Origin: Rhodobacterales bacterium
Lineage (GTDB): Bacteria; Pseudomonadota; Alphaproteobacteria; Rhodobacterales; Rhodobacteraceae
DNA: 64,000 nucleotides
Direction: 5' to 3'
Assembly (NCBI GenBank): GCA_038209095.1
Contig: JBBQYB010000001.1
Location: 10,502 to 74,501 of the forward strand
The notes beneath the pieces were generated by a model, which worked only from the letters and a program-made list of their open reading frames with translations, ran no database searches and was not told the origin of the DNA. The translations under genes were made by a program, and so were the position numbers. This document shows positions 51,440-62,324 of the stretch, piece by piece. Numbering within the stretch: the stretch's first letter is position 1; each line of letters begins with the position of its first letter.

Positions 51440-52577
51440 GACGACCTGTAACGCGGACCCGCTCCGATGCGCTCTTGAGCTGACCGCAGGCTGCCATGAT
51501 GTCCTCGCCGCGCGGGGTGCGGACCGGGCTGGCATAGCCCGCCTTGTTGACGATGCGCGCGAAGGCCTCGATCCGGTCGGGGTCAGAGCGCTCGTAGGGC
51601 GCGCCGGGCCAGGGATTGAACGGGATCAGGTTGATCTTGACGGGGATCCCCGCGATCAGGCGCACCAGCCGGCGCGCATCGGCATCCGAATCGTTGACGC
51701 CCTTGAGCATCACGTATTCGAACGTGATCCGTTCCGCGTTCGAGAGACGCGGATAGGCCCGGCAGGCTTCGAGCAGCGCTGCGATGTTCCACTTGCGGTT
51801 GATCGGAACCAAGGTGTCGCGCACCGGATCGGTCGTGGCATGGAACGAAATGGCGAGCAGGCATCCGATCTCGGTGCCAACGCGTGCGATCTCGGGTACC
51901 ACGCCGCTGGTCGACAGCGTGATGCGTCGGCGCGACAGCGCGAGGCCAGCGCCATCCATCGCGATCCTCATCGCGTCGCGCACCGCCTCGAAATTGTAGA
52001 GCGGCTCGCCCATGCCCATCAGGACCACGTTCGAGACCATGCGCTTTTCGACCGGCGTGCGGCCCCAGTCGCCGAGGTCGTCCCGCGCAGCCAGGATCTG
52101 GCCCACGATCTCGTCCGCCGTCAGGTTGCGCACCAGTCGCTGCGTGCCGGTGTGACAGAACGAGCAGGTCAGCGTGCAGCCGATCTGGGACGAGATGCAC
52201 AACGTGCCGCGGTCCGCCTCGGGGATGTAGACCGTCTCGATCTCGCCGCCGCCCGCGACCCGCAACAGGTACTTGCGCGTGCCGTCCGCCGAGATCTGGC
52301 GCTCGACCATCTCGGGCCGGTCCAGCGTGAACGTCTCCGCCAGCCGCAGGCGCAGGTCCTTGGCCACGTTGCTCATGGCTGCGAAATCGCGCACGCCGCG
52401 ATGATAGATCCACTGCCAGATCTGGTCGGCCCGCATCGGGGCCTGTTCGGAGGCCACCCCCGCCTCGATCAGGGCTGCCGCCAGAGCCGTCCGGTCCAGC
52501 CCGATCAGTGTGCGCAGACCTCCTTCCGGCAAACGGCGAGGAAGGGTCGCGAGGTCCTGGACGATGGGGGCGGGCAT
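51426..52577 (-). CDS. rlmN: 23S rRNA/tRNA adenine C2-methyltransferase
   Basis: [15 protein letters not shown] radical-SAM motif, [22 protein letters not shown]; start at MPAPI. Confidence 0.96.
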   Translation of the reverse strand: MPAPIVQDLATLPRRLPEGGLRTLIGLDRTALAAALIEAGVASEQAPMRADQIWQWIYHRGVRDFAAMSNVAKDLRLRLAETFTLDRPEMVERQISADGTRKYLLRVAGGGEIETVYIPEADRGTLCISSQIGCTLTCSFCHTGTQRLVRNLTADEIVGQILAARDDLGDWGRTPVEKRMVSNVVLMGMGEPLYNFEAVRDAMRIAMDGAGLALSRRRITLSTSGVVPEIARVGTEIGCLLAISFHATTDPVRDTLVPINRKWNIAALLEACRAYPRLSNAERITFEYVMLKGVNDSDADARRLVRLIAGIPVKINLIPFNPWPGAPYERSDPDRIEAFARIVNKAGYASPVRTPRGEDIMAACGQLKSASERVRVTGRLNRA

Positions 52578-52662
52578 GGCAGCCTTGTCAAACGAAACGC
52601 GCGCCAAATTTGACGCGCTCAGGTAACATAGGCCAGATGGGCCCTTTCCGCCAGTGTGTGCC

Positions 52663-53265
52663 CTAATAGAGCGTGTCGCGGTAGAGCCGGTCCACCGCCG
52701 GCTGTTCGATGTAGGGGTTTTCCATTGCGGTGTGATCGCGGATCATGGCACCCAGCGTCGGCACGGGCCGCGCCTCCGGCCAGGTCTCGGGTTTCCACAG
52801 CCCGGCGCGAAGCGGGGCCTTGCCGCAATGGGTGAAGACCTCCTCCACGGACACGCTCAGAACCGTCAGCGGCAAACGACTGTTGATCGCACAGCACGCC
52901 CGCAAGTCTTCGTCCTCGGATATCTCGGCGCGCCCATTCACCCGCAGCGTCTCGTCCACCGTCGGGATGAGGAACAACAACGCCACCTCCGGACGGCGCA
53001 GGATGTTCAGCAAGCCGTCGATCCGGTTGTTGCCCGGCCGGTCCGGCACGAGAAGCGTGCGATCATCCGCGACCATCACGAACCCCGCAGGATCGCCCTT
53101 CGGCGACACATCAAGCCGCGTCCCGTCCGAGGTCGCCAGCAGCACGAAGGGCGAATGCGCGATGATGGCCCGGCAATGTGCGTCGAGATGATCGATGACC
53201 TTGGACGCGGCCAGATTCCCCGGCGGGCCGTAGATTTCGCGCAACCGCGCCTCGGTCATGCCCAC
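52663..53265 (-). CDS. Pyridoxamine 5'-phosphate oxidase-like FMN-binding protein (MSMEG_1061-like)
   Basis: [40 protein letters not shown]. Confidence 0.88.
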   Translation of the reverse strand: MGMTEARLREIYGPPGNLAASKVIDHLDAHCRAIIAHSPFVLLATSDGTRLDVSPKGDPAGFVMVADDRTLLVPDRPGNNRIDGLLNILRRPEVALLFLIPTVDETLRVNGRAEISEDEDLRACCAINSRLPLTVLSVSVEEVFTHCGKAPLRAGLWKPETWPEARPVPTLGAMIRDHTAMENPYIEQPAVDRLYRDTLY

Positions 53266-53292
53266 GACGTCAGGTCCGGAGCCGGCGCGAGG

Positions 53293-53826
53293 TCACCGAC
53301 ACCGCGCCTCGGCGTCGTTCACGGCGGCGGTGAAGCCCGATAGCGAAAAGGTATCGACGGTCGTCGTGCCGCGGGTCGAGACGCCCGTCACCGTCGCGGT
53401 CGATCCACGGCGCATGGAGGCCACGATGTTGGCGTCGTCTTCGGGCACGGGCCAGGACCAGCCGTTCGCGTCGCCGGCACCCGGCGTCATGTTGTATCCG
53501 GTCGAGCCGATTTCGAGGCGGACAGGCGGAGCCTCGCGGAAGGGGTAGCCTCCGGTGAAGCTCACCTCGTTCGACACGCCGTCTGCGGGGTTGAATCGCA
53601 CGAACAGTCGGATGTCGCCGCGATCCACCTCGACGGTCTGGCCGTCGCGGCGGGCCACCGACGCGGTCGGTTGCGAGACGATGTAGCATTCCCGCGGATT
53701 GCCCGCGACGAAAACGCTCCAGTCGTTGTGGGCGGCGACGCGGTCGGCGGCGGACTGGGCGGCACCCGGACCGGCAGCCAGCACGGCGCATCCGACGGCG
53801 AGGATCTTCCACGGCGCAAGGGTCAT
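53293..53826 (-). CDS. Invasion-associated locus B (IalB) family periplasmic protein
   Basis: Signal peptide; DWSVF, ECYIVSQP, SMRRGSTATVTGVSTRGTTTVDTFSLSGFTAA; near rlmN. Confidence 0.85.
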   Translation of the reverse strand: MTLAPWKILAVGCAVLAAGPGAAQSAADRVAAHNDWSVFVAGNPRECYIVSQPTASVARRDGQTVEVDRGDIRLFVRFNPADGVSNEVSFTGGYPFREAPPVRLEIGSTGYNMTPGAGDANGWSWPVPEDDANIVASMRRGSTATVTGVSTRGTTTVDTFSLSGFTAAVNDAEARCR

Positions 53827-54030
53827 TGTCTCAGTGTCTCCTGCTCGTTCACCAGTTCAATCGACCCGATCCCGTTCCGCGGCTTATGCCGCCGAACCGT
53901 CGAGCTTGTTTTTGTCATGGGCCTCGCGGTAGTTTAGCCCGGTTGCGGGGAGCAATTCCAGTCCCAACCGCAATCGCGGTCTGCAAAGGGAAACATGGCG
54001 TGCGCGCCGGGATATCGAGGCTGCCCAAGG

Positions 54031-54621
54031 ATGCCCGCCCAGTCGACGCAGGTCTCAGATCCCATCGCGGATGCCCTGCTGCTCCGCAGGATCGCGGAAC
54101 ATGACGTGGAGGCCTTCGAGGCGCTGTTTGCGCGTTATGCCGGCCGGATCAAGGGGTTCATGATGCGCTCGGGGGCATCGGACGCGGATGCGGAAGAGAT
54201 CACGCAGGACGTGCTGGTCTCCGTCTGGCGCCGCGCCGGGACATTCGATCCGACCCGCGCCGGGGCCGCGACCTGGATCTATGCAATCGCGCGAAATCGT
54301 CGCATCGACCTGATCCGGCGCGGCCGGCGGCCCGCCCCGGACCCGCTCGATCCGCTCTATCAGCCGGATCCCGAGCCCGACGGACAGGATCTGCTGTCGC
54401 GATCCGAACAGGAGATCCGGGTGCGCGACGGCGTCGCGGGCCTTCCCGCCGAACAGCGCGCCGTGCTGATGGCCTCGTTCTATGACGGGCTCAGCCACGG
54501 AGAGATCGCCCAGCGCGAAGGCTTGCCCCTCGGCACGGTGAAATCGCGAATCCGCCTCGCGTTCCGCCATCTGCGCGGCGTCCTGGGCGAGGACATGATC
54601 GCGGAGTTGCAGGGCGACTGA
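54031..54621 (+). CDS. ECF sigma factor, RpoE (ECF11)-like
   Basis: AFEALFARY, AEEITQDV, ATWIYAIARNRRIDLIR, GLPLGTVKSRIRLA; start uncertain (53995 or 54031). Confidence 0.9.
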   Translation: MPAQSTQVSDPIADALLLRRIAEHDVEAFEALFARYAGRIKGFMMRSGASDADAEEITQDVLVSVWRRAGTFDPTRAGAATWIYAIARNRRIDLIRRGRRPAPDPLDPLYQPDPEPDGQDLLSRSEQEIRVRDGVAGLPAEQRAVLMASFYDGLSHGEIAQREGLPLGTVKSRIRLAFRHLRGVLGEDMIAELQGD

Positions 54622-54675
54622 CATTCGCCCCAGCGCACGCTAGGGTGCGCCTGTTCCAGTCGGAGGGGTGCAAGG

Positions 54676-55539
54676 ATGCGGCGCGGCTCGATCTGCCTGA
54701 CCCTGTGGCTTTTGCTGAGCACGGCCCCGCTCGTGACAGCCGCCGAATGTCCGGAAGCCCTTCCTTGCGACGTGCCGGGGGGCTCCTATGTGGCGCTGGC
54801 CCCGGACGGCCCGGTCCAAGGCCTGCTGTTGTTCCTGCACGGCTACGGCGGTTCGGGTGCGGCGGAGCTGCGCAACACGAACCTGTTCGGCGAGGCTCTG
54901 GAGCGGGGTTATGCGGTTGTGGCCCCCTCCGCTCTGCCTATGCGCCCGGGCAGCCCGACTAAATGGAACTCCGAACTGGACCCGACGCGTCGGGACGACC
55001 TCGCCTATCTCGCGGCGGTCCTGCGGGATGCCGGCGCGCGGTTCGGGGTCGAGCCCTCGGCGTCCGTCGCGGCCGGGTTCTCCGAGGGCGGGATGATGAT
55101 CTGGCGGCTTGCCTGCGATGCGCCGCAGATGGCCGCAGCCTTCGCGCCGGTCTCGGGCGTCATGTGGCGCCCCCTGCCGCCGGACTGTGCGGCACCGGTC
55201 CGGCTGATGCATAGCCACGGCTGGAGCGACGCGGTGGTGCCCCTCGAGGGGCGCGCGATCCGGGCGGATTTGATTCAGGGCGATGTGTTCGAGAGCCTGG
55301 CCCTGGTGCGTCGGGCGTCGGGCTGCGGCGATCCGGCACCGAATGCCTATGCGCGACGGGGCGCGTTCGAGATCCGGCGCTGGTCCGAGTGCAGTCCGGG
55401 GGCGGACCTCGTCTTTGCGCTGCACCCCGGCGGCCACGGAATTCCAGAAGGATGGATGGCCCTGATGCTCGACTGGGCGGAGCGTCCCGGGGATGCGCTG
55501 ACCGAGGCCCCGCTTGCAAACGAAGACGGCGGGGGATAA
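54676..55539 (+). CDS. Exported alpha/beta hydrolase (PHB-depolymerase/LpqC-like esterase)
   Basis: Signal peptide; FLHGYGG, nucleophile elbow GFSEGG, HSHGWSDAVVP, HPGGH. Confidence 0.8.
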   Translation: MRRGSICLTLWLLLSTAPLVTAAECPEALPCDVPGGSYVALAPDGPVQGLLLFLHGYGGSGAAELRNTNLFGEALERGYAVVAPSALPMRPGSPTKWNSELDPTRRDDLAYLAAVLRDAGARFGVEPSASVAAGFSEGGMMIWRLACDAPQMAAAFAPVSGVMWRPLPPDCAAPVRLMHSHGWSDAVVPLEGRAIRADLIQGDVFESLALVRRASGCGDPAPNAYARRGAFEIRRWSECSPGADLVFALHPGGHGIPEGWMALMLDWAERPGDALTEAPLANEDGGG

Positions 55540-55682
55540 GCGGACACATGATCCCGTTTCGCAATATTTCCGACCGTTTCCGGCTGCCCTGGCGGTTTCA
55601 TGGTGCCGAGGTGACGGTGGCCGCACGCGCGTGAGCCCTCGGGACTGCCGCTTTGGAGACGACGTTTGACGGGACGGGGACG

Positions 55683-57089
55683 ATGACGACACCACGCACG
55701 CTCTACGACAAGATCTGGGATGCCCATCTGGTGCATGAAGCTCCGGACGGAACCTGTCTGATCTACATCGACCGCCATCTGGTCCACGAGGTCACCAGCC
55801 CGCAGGCGTTCGAGGGCCTGCGCCTGTCCGGACGCCGGGTGCGCGCGCCGCACAAGACCGTGGCCGTCCCCGATCACAACGTGCCGACCCACGCCGGACG
55901 CGAAGGCGGCATCGAGGACGTCGAGAGCCGCATCCAGGTCGAGGCGCTGAAGAAGAACGCCGACGATTTCGGGATCGAGCATTACGGGGTCGAGGACGTA
56001 CGCCAGGGCATCGTCCATATCATCGGCCCCGAGCAGGGCTGGACCCAGCCCGGCATGACCATCGTCTGCGGCGACAGCCATACGGCGACCCACGGGGCCT
56101 TCGGGGCACTGGCGCACGGCATCGGCACGTCGGAGGTGGAGCATGTGCTGGCCACCCAGACTTTGATCCAGCGCAAGGCCAGGAACATGCGGGTCGAGGT
56201 GCGCGGCACCCTCGGGCCGGGCGTGACCGCCAAGGACATCACTCTCTCGATCATCGGGGCCACGGGCACCGCCGGCGGGACCGGGCATGTCATCGAATAC
56301 TGCGGCGAGGCGATCCGGGCGCTGTCTATGGAAGGGCGCATGACGGTCTGCAACATGGCGATCGAAGGAGGCGCGCGCGCCGGCCTGATCGCGCCGGACC
56401 AGACCACAGTCGATTACGTGCGCGGGCGTCCCAAGGCTCCGAAGGGGGCGGCCTGGGAGATGGCGGAGGCCTCGTGGCGCACGCTCTTCTCCGACGAGGG
56501 TGCGCGGTTCGACAAGCATCTGGTGCTCGATGCCTCAGATATCGCACCCGTGGTCACCTGGGGCACCTCGCCCGAGGACGTGCTGCCGATCACGGGCATT
56601 GTGCCGCGGCCGGAGGATTTCGAGGGCGGCAAGGTCGACGCCGTCCGCCGCAGCCTTGAGTACATGGGGCTGACGCCCGGCACGCAGCTGCGCGACGTCG
56701 AGGTCGATACGGTGTTCATCGGATCCTGCACCAACGGGCGAATCGAGGATCTGCGCGAAGTGGCGAAAGTCATGGAGGGCCGCAAGGTCAAGCCGGGCCT
56801 GCGCGCCATGATCGTGCCGGGCTCGGGTCTGGTGCGGGCGCAGGCGGAGGCCGAGGGCATCGCGCAGGCGCTGATCGCCGCGGGGTTCGACTGGCGCATG
56901 GCAGGCTGTTCGATGTGTCTGGGAATGAACCCCGACCAGCTCGCCCCCGGCGAGCGCTGCGCCTCCACGTCGAACCGCAACTTCGAGGGCCGGCAGGGAC
57001 GCGGCGGACGGACCCATCTGCTCAGCCCTGCCATGGCAGCGGCGGCGGCGGTGACGGGTCGGCTCACGGATGTGCGCGACCTCGTCTGA
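55683..57089 (+). CDS. leuC: 3-isopropylmalate dehydratase large subunit
   Basis: [53 protein letters not shown]. Confidence 0.97.
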   Translation: MTTPRTLYDKIWDAHLVHEAPDGTCLIYIDRHLVHEVTSPQAFEGLRLSGRRVRAPHKTVAVPDHNVPTHAGREGGIEDVESRIQVEALKKNADDFGIEHYGVEDVRQGIVHIIGPEQGWTQPGMTIVCGDSHTATHGAFGALAHGIGTSEVEHVLATQTLIQRKARNMRVEVRGTLGPGVTAKDITLSIIGATGTAGGTGHVIEYCGEAIRALSMEGRMTVCNMAIEGGARAGLIAPDQTTVDYVRGRPKAPKGAAWEMAEASWRTLFSDEGARFDKHLVLDASDIAPVVTWGTSPEDVLPITGIVPRPEDFEGGKVDAVRRSLEYMGLTPGTQLRDVEVDTVFIGSCTNGRIEDLREVAKVMEGRKVKPGLRAMIVPGSGLVRAQAEAEGIAQALIAAGFDWRMAGCSMCLGMNPDQLAPGERCASTSNRNFEGRQGRGGRTHLLSPAMAAAAAVTGRLTDVRDLV

Positions 57090-57101
57090 GGCGTGCAACG
57101 T

Positions 57102-58421
57102 TCAGGCGGCGATCGTCCTCGCGCGCGACAGGAATCGGCGGTTGACCGGGCTGTGGGGACGCAGAGCCAGCCGTTCGCGCGACAGAGCCTCGCCCACATC
57201 CCTAAGGCCGCCGCGCAGGGCGGCCTCGGTCAGGGTCCAGTCGATCACGTCGCGCTGAGCGTGGCTGCCGCCGAAGCGCCCGACGATCCGGCGCGCCCGG
57301 AGCAGCAGATCGACGGCCTCGGCATGTGCACCGCGGTGAAAGGCCGCAAAGCCCTCGATCAGCGGCAGCGCGGTTTCTGCCGCCCAGCGGCCGACCTCCG
57401 AGGTATCGCCAGCCGCGCGATAGGTCGCGATCAGACGCTCCACATCGGCCGTGCGGCCCGCCCCGAGCCAGGCCATGGCCGCGTGAAAATCGTTGAACGG
57501 AAAGAGCCTTCCGTCCGCATGGGCGTCCCAGGCCAGCGCAAGCGGGGCCCAGCGGTCGCCTGGGTCGTGCCCCTCTGCCGCGATCCGCCAGAGCAGCGAC
57601 GACGCGTCCACAAGGTTCACCGCGGCACCGCCCGCCGCCCCGAGGATCGGCCCGTCATAGAGCGCCAGCGCGGCCTCTGGCTGATCGAGTTCCAGATGGC
57701 ATAGACCACGGTGCCACCAATTGTGTACCTGAAAGAAGCTGTCGTCCCCGGACCAATGCGGCTCGCGGGCGATCATCCAGCCGAGGCCGTCCTCCGCCCG
57801 GCCCTCCATTTCCATGACATGAGCCACCGCGTGGTGCGCCCAGGCATCGCGCGGCTCGGCGGCGATGGCCTCGCGGCCGGCGGCCTCCGCGCGGGCATAA
57901 TCTGCGGTTTCCTCGAGCCCGAACGCGTGCATTCCGAGAACGCACGAGCGCCCGGGCAGATCCTCTGGCCAGAGCGGCAGCGCCCGGGCAATCCGGTCGC
58001 GCAGCGTCACCGCATCGGCGCGGAAGAAATCCATCAGATGACCGGCCTGAAGCGCCACGAGATCGCGCGGCCAGGTCATCGACAGCCGCTCCATGGCCCG
58101 CGCGGCGGCCGTCCACTCTCCAGCCAGCAACAGATCGAGTGCGGCCAGATGGGCGCGCGCCCGGTCGTCCATCGGCAGGTCACGCGCATCGCCTGCAATT
58201 GTGCGCGCATGGGCAGTCAGCCCGGGCTCTGTCGCGAGAGCGAAGAGCCACCCCATCAGAAGGCGCGCCATCGCGAAGTCCGGAGCATGGGCAACCGCAC
58301 GCTTGGCTGCCCCGATCGGATCGCCGCGATAAAGGCTGAAAGCCGCTACCGCCGCGTCATAATCGACCATGGCCTCCGGCGTCGCACCCGACGCCGCGTT
58401 GCCCTGTGCGTCCCGGATCAT
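57102..58421 (-). CDS. TTC38-like tetratricopeptide-repeat protein
   Basis: MHAFGLEET, DAWAHHAVAHVMEM, HNWWH, DASSLLWR, GGSHAQRDV; start at MIRDA. Confidence 0.8.
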   Translation of the reverse strand: MIRDAQGNAASGATPEAMVDYDAAVAAFSLYRGDPIGAAKRAVAHAPDFAMARLLMGWLFALATEPGLTAHARTIAGDARDLPMDDRARAHLAALDLLLAGEWTAAARAMERLSMTWPRDLVALQAGHLMDFFRADAVTLRDRIARALPLWPEDLPGRSCVLGMHAFGLEETADYARAEAAGREAIAAEPRDAWAHHAVAHVMEMEGRAEDGLGWMIAREPHWSGDDSFFQVHNWWHRGLCHLELDQPEAALALYDGPILGAAGGAAVNLVDASSLLWRIAAEGHDPGDRWAPLALAWDAHADGRLFPFNDFHAAMAWLGAGRTADVERLIATYRAAGDTSEVGRWAAETALPLIEGFAAFHRGAHAEAVDLLLRARRIVGRFGGSHAQRDVIDWTLTEAALRGGLRDVGEALSRERLALRPHSPVNRRFLSRARTIAA

Positions 58422-58524
58422 GCGCAACACTCCGACGGTCCTGCCAAAGACGTATCCCCTCCCAGTCCTTGAAGCACGCCAGCCGCGTGTTTCCAATGCC
58501 TCAGGAGGTGTGCATGGGAAACCC

Positions 58525-59301
58525 TCAGGTTCCGACGCGCGCGAGGATCGCTCGGTGCAGCACGGGCCCGGCCACGATGAGCCCGGGGACGAGTGGGACC
58601 GCCGCGTTGTAGATTGGCCGGTCCCCGTGCCGCGTGGTGACGGTCGCTCCGGCTTCGCGCGCAATGAGATCACCTGCGGCCACGTCCCATTCCCAGGCAT
58701 CGCGAAATGTCAGCATGACGTCGAAACGGCCCTCCGCCGCCAGACACAGCCGGTAGGCGAGGGACGGGCGCATGTGCCGATCCAGCCGCGGAGCGGACCC
58801 TTTCCAGTGCCGCAGATCGAGCTGGGCCGCATTCGCGAGGACGCGCGCATCCTCCAGATCCTCGCGCGCGCTCGCCGCGATGCGCGTGCCGTTGAGCCAG
58901 GCTCCGCCGCCCGCGCTCGCCACATAGGTCCGGTTGAGCTTCGGCAGATGCACCACGCCCGCCACCACGCGGCCAGCCTCGCAGACGGCGAGCGAATGCG
59001 CCCAGCTGCTCTCACCCGCGATGAAGGCTCGCGTGCCGTCGATCGGATCGACGATGAAGACCCGCTCAAACGACAGCCGCGACCCATCATCCTCGCTTTC
59101 TTCCGAGAGCCAGCCGTAGCCGGGCCGAGCCCGGCTCAACTCCGCCCTCAGCATCTGATCGATCTCGATATCGGCTGCCGTCACCGGACCGTGGCCGCCG
59201 GGTTTTTCCCAGACCCGGGGATCTGCCCCGAAATGCCGCAGGGCGATCTCTCCTGCCGCCTGCGCTGCCTCTTCGAGCAGCGCGAGGTCAGCTTCCGGCA
59301 A
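58525..59301 (-). CDS. Inositol monophosphatase / CysQ family nucleotidase
   Basis: WLSEES, DPIDGTRAF, EWDVAAG; TTG start overlaps the pmbA stop. Confidence 0.9.
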   Translation of the reverse strand: MPEADLALLEEAAQAAGEIALRHFGADPRVWEKPGGHGPVTAADIEIDQMLRAELSRARPGYGWLSEESEDDGSRLSFERVFIVDPIDGTRAFIAGESSWAHSLAVCEAGRVVAGVVHLPKLNRTYVASAGGGAWLNGTRIAASAREDLEDARVLANAAQLDLRHWKGSAPRLDRHMRPSLAYRLCLAAEGRFDVMLTFRDAWEWDVAAGDLIAREAGATVTTRHGDRPIYNAAVPLVPGLIVAGPVLHRAILARVGT

Positions 59302-60634
59302 TGACGAGGCCCTCGACCAGCAAGGACGGCACGACCCGCCCCAGATGGGTACGCGCATCGTTTGCAGCGACGATCCCCGCGAGCATCGGCCGCAGGCTGC
59401 CGGCGATGGTACATTCGTTGATGGGGCGGACGATCTCGCCGTTCTCCACCCAGTAACCGCTGGCTCCGCGCGAATAATCGCCCGTCGTCGGGTTGATCGA
59501 GGCCCCGAGCAGGCTGGTGACGATGAGGCCCGTCCCCATCTCGGCGATCAGATCCTCGCGGCTCCGGGTTCCGGGGGTGAGCGTGAGATTGCCCGCCGAG
59601 GGGCTCGGGGGGGCGCTCGTCCCGCGCGATGCGTTGGCGGTGGACGGCTGGCCGAGCTGGCGGCCGGTCGAGAGATCGAGCGTCCAGCCCATGAGCATAC
59701 CGTCCTCGACCACCGCGCGCCGGGCGACCGGCAGGCCTTCGCCGTCGAAGGGCCGCGAGCCGCCGACACGGGCGCGATGCGGGTCCTCGATCAGGTCCAT
59801 GCCCCGGGGCAGAACCCGCTCGCCCATCGCGTCCTTGAGCCAGCTCGCCCCGCGCGCGATGGCCGATCCGTTGATCGCACTCACCAAATGCCCGATGAGA
59901 CTGGAGGAGATGCGCTCGTCAAACAGCACCGGATAGGCCCCGGTCGGCGGCTTGCCGGCACCGGCCCGGGCCGCGGCCCGTGCACCTGCGCGCGCGCCGA
60001 TGTCCTCGGGGCTCGGCAGATCGCTGCCGTGGCTGCGCGTCTCGAACGCGTAGTCGCGTTCCATCGAGAGGCCTTCGCCGCAGATCGCCACGGCCTGGAT
60101 GGACTGGCTCGTCCGGGCGTAGCCTCCGGAAAACCCGTTGCTAGCGGCCAGATGCACGGCGCTCGACTGCCATCCGGCACCGGCCGCGTCCATGCGCGTC
60201 ACGCCCTCGACCGCCACGGCCGCGGCTTCGGCCCGCCGCGCGAGCGTCTCGAGATCGGCCGCCGAGGGGGCGGGCGCCGGATCGAAAAGATCGAGCGCTG
60301 CCACGTCCCAGGACGAAGCGAGCTGGCCCGGCTCCGCGAGACCGCACCACGGATCCTCCGGGGCCTCGCGCGCCATCGCCACTGCGCGTTCCGCCATGGC
60401 GGCCATGGTCTCGGGACGGATGTCGCTCGCGGAGACGCAGGCCTGCCGCCTGCCGAGGATCACGCGCAGACCGATATCGACCCCTTCGGCGCGTTCGGCC
60501 TGTTCGAGCACCCCGCCGCGGACCTCGATCGACAGGCTGTCGCCCGCCACGGCGATGGCATCCGCACTCTCTGCCCCGGCCTTGCGCGCGGCATCGAGAA
60601 GTGCGGCCGTCAGTCCCTCGAGATCCCGTGCCAT
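59288..60634 (-). CDS. pmbA: TldD/PmbA family metalloprotease component
   Basis: EQAERAEG, GGSRPFDGEG, NPTTGDYSRGASG, ECTIAG. Confidence 0.88.
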   Translation of the reverse strand: MARDLEGLTAALLDAARKAGAESADAIAVAGDSLSIEVRGGVLEQAERAEGVDIGLRVILGRRQACVSASDIRPETMAAMAERAVAMAREAPEDPWCGLAEPGQLASSWDVAALDLFDPAPAPSAADLETLARRAEAAAVAVEGVTRMDAAGAGWQSSAVHLAASNGFSGGYARTSQSIQAVAICGEGLSMERDYAFETRSHGSDLPSPEDIGARAGARAAARAGAGKPPTGAYPVLFDERISSSLIGHLVSAINGSAIARGASWLKDAMGERVLPRGMDLIEDPHRARVGGSRPFDGEGLPVARRAVVEDGMLMGWTLDLSTGRQLGQPSTANASRGTSAPPSPSAGNLTLTPGTRSREDLIAEMGTGLIVTSLLGASINPTTGDYSRGASGYWVENGEIVRPINECTIAGSLRPMLAGIVAANDARTHLGRVVPSLLVEGLVIAGS

Positions 60635-60635
60635 G

Positions 60636-61046
60636 TCAGACGACCCCCACCAGTGCATGCGTCATCAGCCCGAGGCTCGCGGCCACCAGCGTCCCGAGGG
60701 TCAGCATCGCCCCCGCGCCGCGCTGCCAGGCCGGCGCGTCGGACCGGGTGAAGTGCCAGCCGTGCAGCAAGCGCCCCACCGTCAGCGCGATCCCGAACAG
60801 ATGGATCACGAAAACCGGTGTCTCCAGATGCGCCATCAGAACCATCTGGAGCAGGACGAGCGGCACGTATTCCACGAAGTTCGCCTGTCCGCGCATGGCC
60901 CGGATCATCTCGACGTTCGCACCGTCCCCGGTCGCAATCCCGAGACGCATCCGGGTGCGCCCCACATGCACCGCGAGCCAGGTCAGGATCAGACCATTCA
61001 GGCCGGCATAGAGCGCCGCAGCATAGACGGCAGACGTCGGTGTCAT
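60636..61046 (-). CDS. MAPEG family membrane protein
   Basis: RAMRGQANFVEYVP, GRLLHG; four hydrophobic segments. Confidence 0.88.
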   Translation of the reverse strand: MTPTSAVYAAALYAGLNGLILTWLAVHVGRTRMRLGIATGDGANVEMIRAMRGQANFVEYVPLVLLQMVLMAHLETPVFVIHLFGIALTVGRLLHGWHFTRSDAPAWQRGAGAMLTLGTLVAASLGLMTHALVGVV

Positions 61047-61183
61047 GAAATGGGGCTCCGGAGGCGGGGTTCTTCCCGCGCTACCTAGGACGATTGCCCG
61101 GGTGAAACAACCTCAAGAGCCGCTTGCCTTTTCGGGACCGAGCGCCTTTGATCCGACAGGTGCGAGCGCCGGGAGATATGCAT

Positions 61184-61945
61184 ATGGGTCTGCTGACCGG
61201 CAAGACCGTCCTCATCACCGGAGCGAGCCGGGGCATCGGGGCCGCCGCGGCCGTGGCCATGGCCGCCGAGGGGGCCAGGCTGATGCTCTTGGCGCGCAAC
61301 GGGGTCGAGGTCACGGGCGTGGCGGCCCGGCTGCGCGAGGCGGGGGCCGAGGCCGAGGCCATGGCCTGCGACGTTGCGGATTACGGACAGGTCGAGGCCG
61401 CGGTCGAGCGGACGCGCACGGTCTTCGGCACGGTCGACGCGCTGATCAACAACGCAGCCGTCATCGACCCCATCGGACCGCTGGCCCAGGCCGATCCCGA
61501 GGCCTGGCTGCGGGCCTCCGACATCTCGGTCCACGGCGTCTTCAACGGCATGCGCGCGGTGCTGCCCCTGATGCGCGCCCAGGGGTCGGGGCATATCGTG
61601 ACGGTCGGCTCGGGGGCCGCGCACAATCCGCTGGAGGGCTGGAGCCACTATTGTGCCTCCAAGGCCGCGGTCCTGATGCTGATGCGTTGCGGGCATCTGG
61701 AGAACAAGGGGCGGGGCCTGCGGTTTTTCAGCCTGTCGCCCGGCACGGTCGACACGGACATGCAGGTGCGGATCCGGGCGAGCGGGATCAATCCCGTGAG
61801 CAAGATGGACCCGAGCCAGCACGCGCCCGCCGAGGCCCCGGCCAAGGCGCTGGTTTGGCTCTGCACCGATGCCGCGGCGGATCTCGCGGGCGAGGAAGTC
61901 TCGCTGCGCGATCCGGCGCTGCGGGCCTGGATCGGGCTCGACTGA
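61184..61945 (+). CDS. Short-chain dehydrogenase/reductase
   Basis: TGASRGIG, INNAA, YCASK, LSPGTVDTDMQ. Confidence 0.92.
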   Translation: MGLLTGKTVLITGASRGIGAAAAVAMAAEGARLMLLARNGVEVTGVAARLREAGAEAEAMACDVADYGQVEAAVERTRTVFGTVDALINNAAVIDPIGPLAQADPEAWLRASDISVHGVFNGMRAVLPLMRAQGSGHIVTVGSGAAHNPLEGWSHYCASKAAVLMLMRCGHLENKGRGLRFFSLSPGTVDTDMQVRIRASGINPVSKMDPSQHAPAEAPAKALVWLCTDAAADLAGEEVSLRDPALRAWIGLD

Positions 61946-61950
61946 CAGTC

Positions 61951-62244
61951 TTACCGCCGCCCGCCCGCCGTGCGGGCATGAAAGCCGGGCGGGCGGCGGC
62001 GCACCCAGGCGATGAACCTGGCGATCTCGGGATGGGCGCGCAGGGCGTCGACGGAATGGAACGACCGGGCGAGGTCCGCCTCGGAAAGGGTCGCGTGGAT
62101 GCGCCGGTGACAGATATCGTGCAGCAGCACGACGGGGCCGCCCTTGCCGCCCTTGAGCTTGGGGACGAGGTGATGGCGGCTCGATCGCACATCCGGCGGG
62201 ATCGGCCTGTCGCAAAGTGGGCAGACGGGATGGGGCGTGTCCAT
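61951..62244 (-). CDS. Small HNH-type zinc-finger protein
   Basis: CPLCDRP...HHLVPKLKGG...HDICHRRIH; 97 aa. Confidence 0.8.
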   Translation of the reverse strand: MDTPHPVCPLCDRPIPPDVRSSRHHLVPKLKGGKGGPVVLLHDICHRRIHATLSEADLARSFHSVDALRAHPEIARFIAWVRRRPPGFHARTAGGRR

Positions 62245-62324
62245 GCAGACCGGTTTGGGCCGCCCATGGCCCGCGTCAAGGCTTTGCTCTCTCGGCCGCC
62301 CTGCGCCGGTCCCGGTCGGGTCCG

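Noticed and set aside
61951-62244. HNH protein as a mobile or defence element
   Set aside because: It is a short stand-alone gene with host-like composition, no flanking repeats and no partner genes; it resembles a common chromosomal small HNH family.
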